Shown here: piece after piece, positions 63,760 to 64,000 of the stretch
Layout: each line of letters starts with the position of its first letter
Position numbering within the stretch: the first letter of the stretch is position 1
Origin: a virus
Strand: one strand, 5' to 3'
Length of the DNA stretch: 64,000 bases
Virus record (IMG/VR): IMGVR_UViG_3300028654_000009
Notes under the pieces: generated by a model
Database searches by the model: none
What the model saw: the letters and a program-made list of their open reading frames with translations, nothing else
Told to the model about the DNA's origin: nothing
Program-made: the position numbers and the translations under genes

Positions 63760-64000
63760 GCACCCCGTACACTTCAAGTACCTTCTGCACCATAGATTTA
63801 TTTGAAGTTGCGCCGAGGGCCAGCAGTTTAGAGATTCGTTCATGTGGGGTTGACTTCTTCAGGCCTTGGGCTCGCAGGTACCTTTCTTCATGTGCCGTCA
63901 AAGGTCGTACGTTTTTGAGAGATTCCGGAGTCATGGCAGCTGCGTAGTTACGCATGTGCCGCATTGCACTTTTGATAGCTGAGGAGGTTCGGCGAGCCAC
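63731..64000 (-). CDS. Hypothetical protein (may start outside window)
   Basis: Open frame to window edge. Confidence 0.35.
   Translation of the reverse strand: MARRTSSAIKSAMRHMRNYAAAMTPESLKNVRPLTAHEERYLRAQGLKKSTPHERISKLLALGATSNKSMVQKVLEVYGVPKNDPRRRG

Overview
This 64-kb window is part of a large, GC-rich contractile-tailed (myovirus-like) phage genome. The host cannot be determined from this window. Tail and neck genes (tube initiator-like, fibres, spike, chaperones, tape measure, hub, tube, sheath, neck) are scattered rather than clustered. Almost every structural transcription unit starts 5-6 nt downstream of a conserved AATCTT box with no Shine-Dalgarno site, which suggests leaderless late promoters. 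Between them lie cassettes of small early genes driven by repeated sigma70-like promoters. The window also holds a tmRNA, a tRNA-Tyr, three aberrant tRNA-like genes, several unexplained structured RNAs, RNA-repair and nucleotide-metabolism enzymes, and two homing endonucleases. The most striking element is a ~1765-aa protein (52981-58278) in a neck-gene operon. It has an N-terminal mCpol-like nucleotide-cyclase domain, a ParB-like domain and five divergent GNAT acetyltransferase domains. These are joined by a conserved Cys/His linker ending in a recurrent hydrophobic-x-K|A motif. I infer a virion-packaged, protease-processed anti-defence polyprotein that may supply a decoy cyclic nucleotide. 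All family assignments come from motif recognition by eye, not from database searches.
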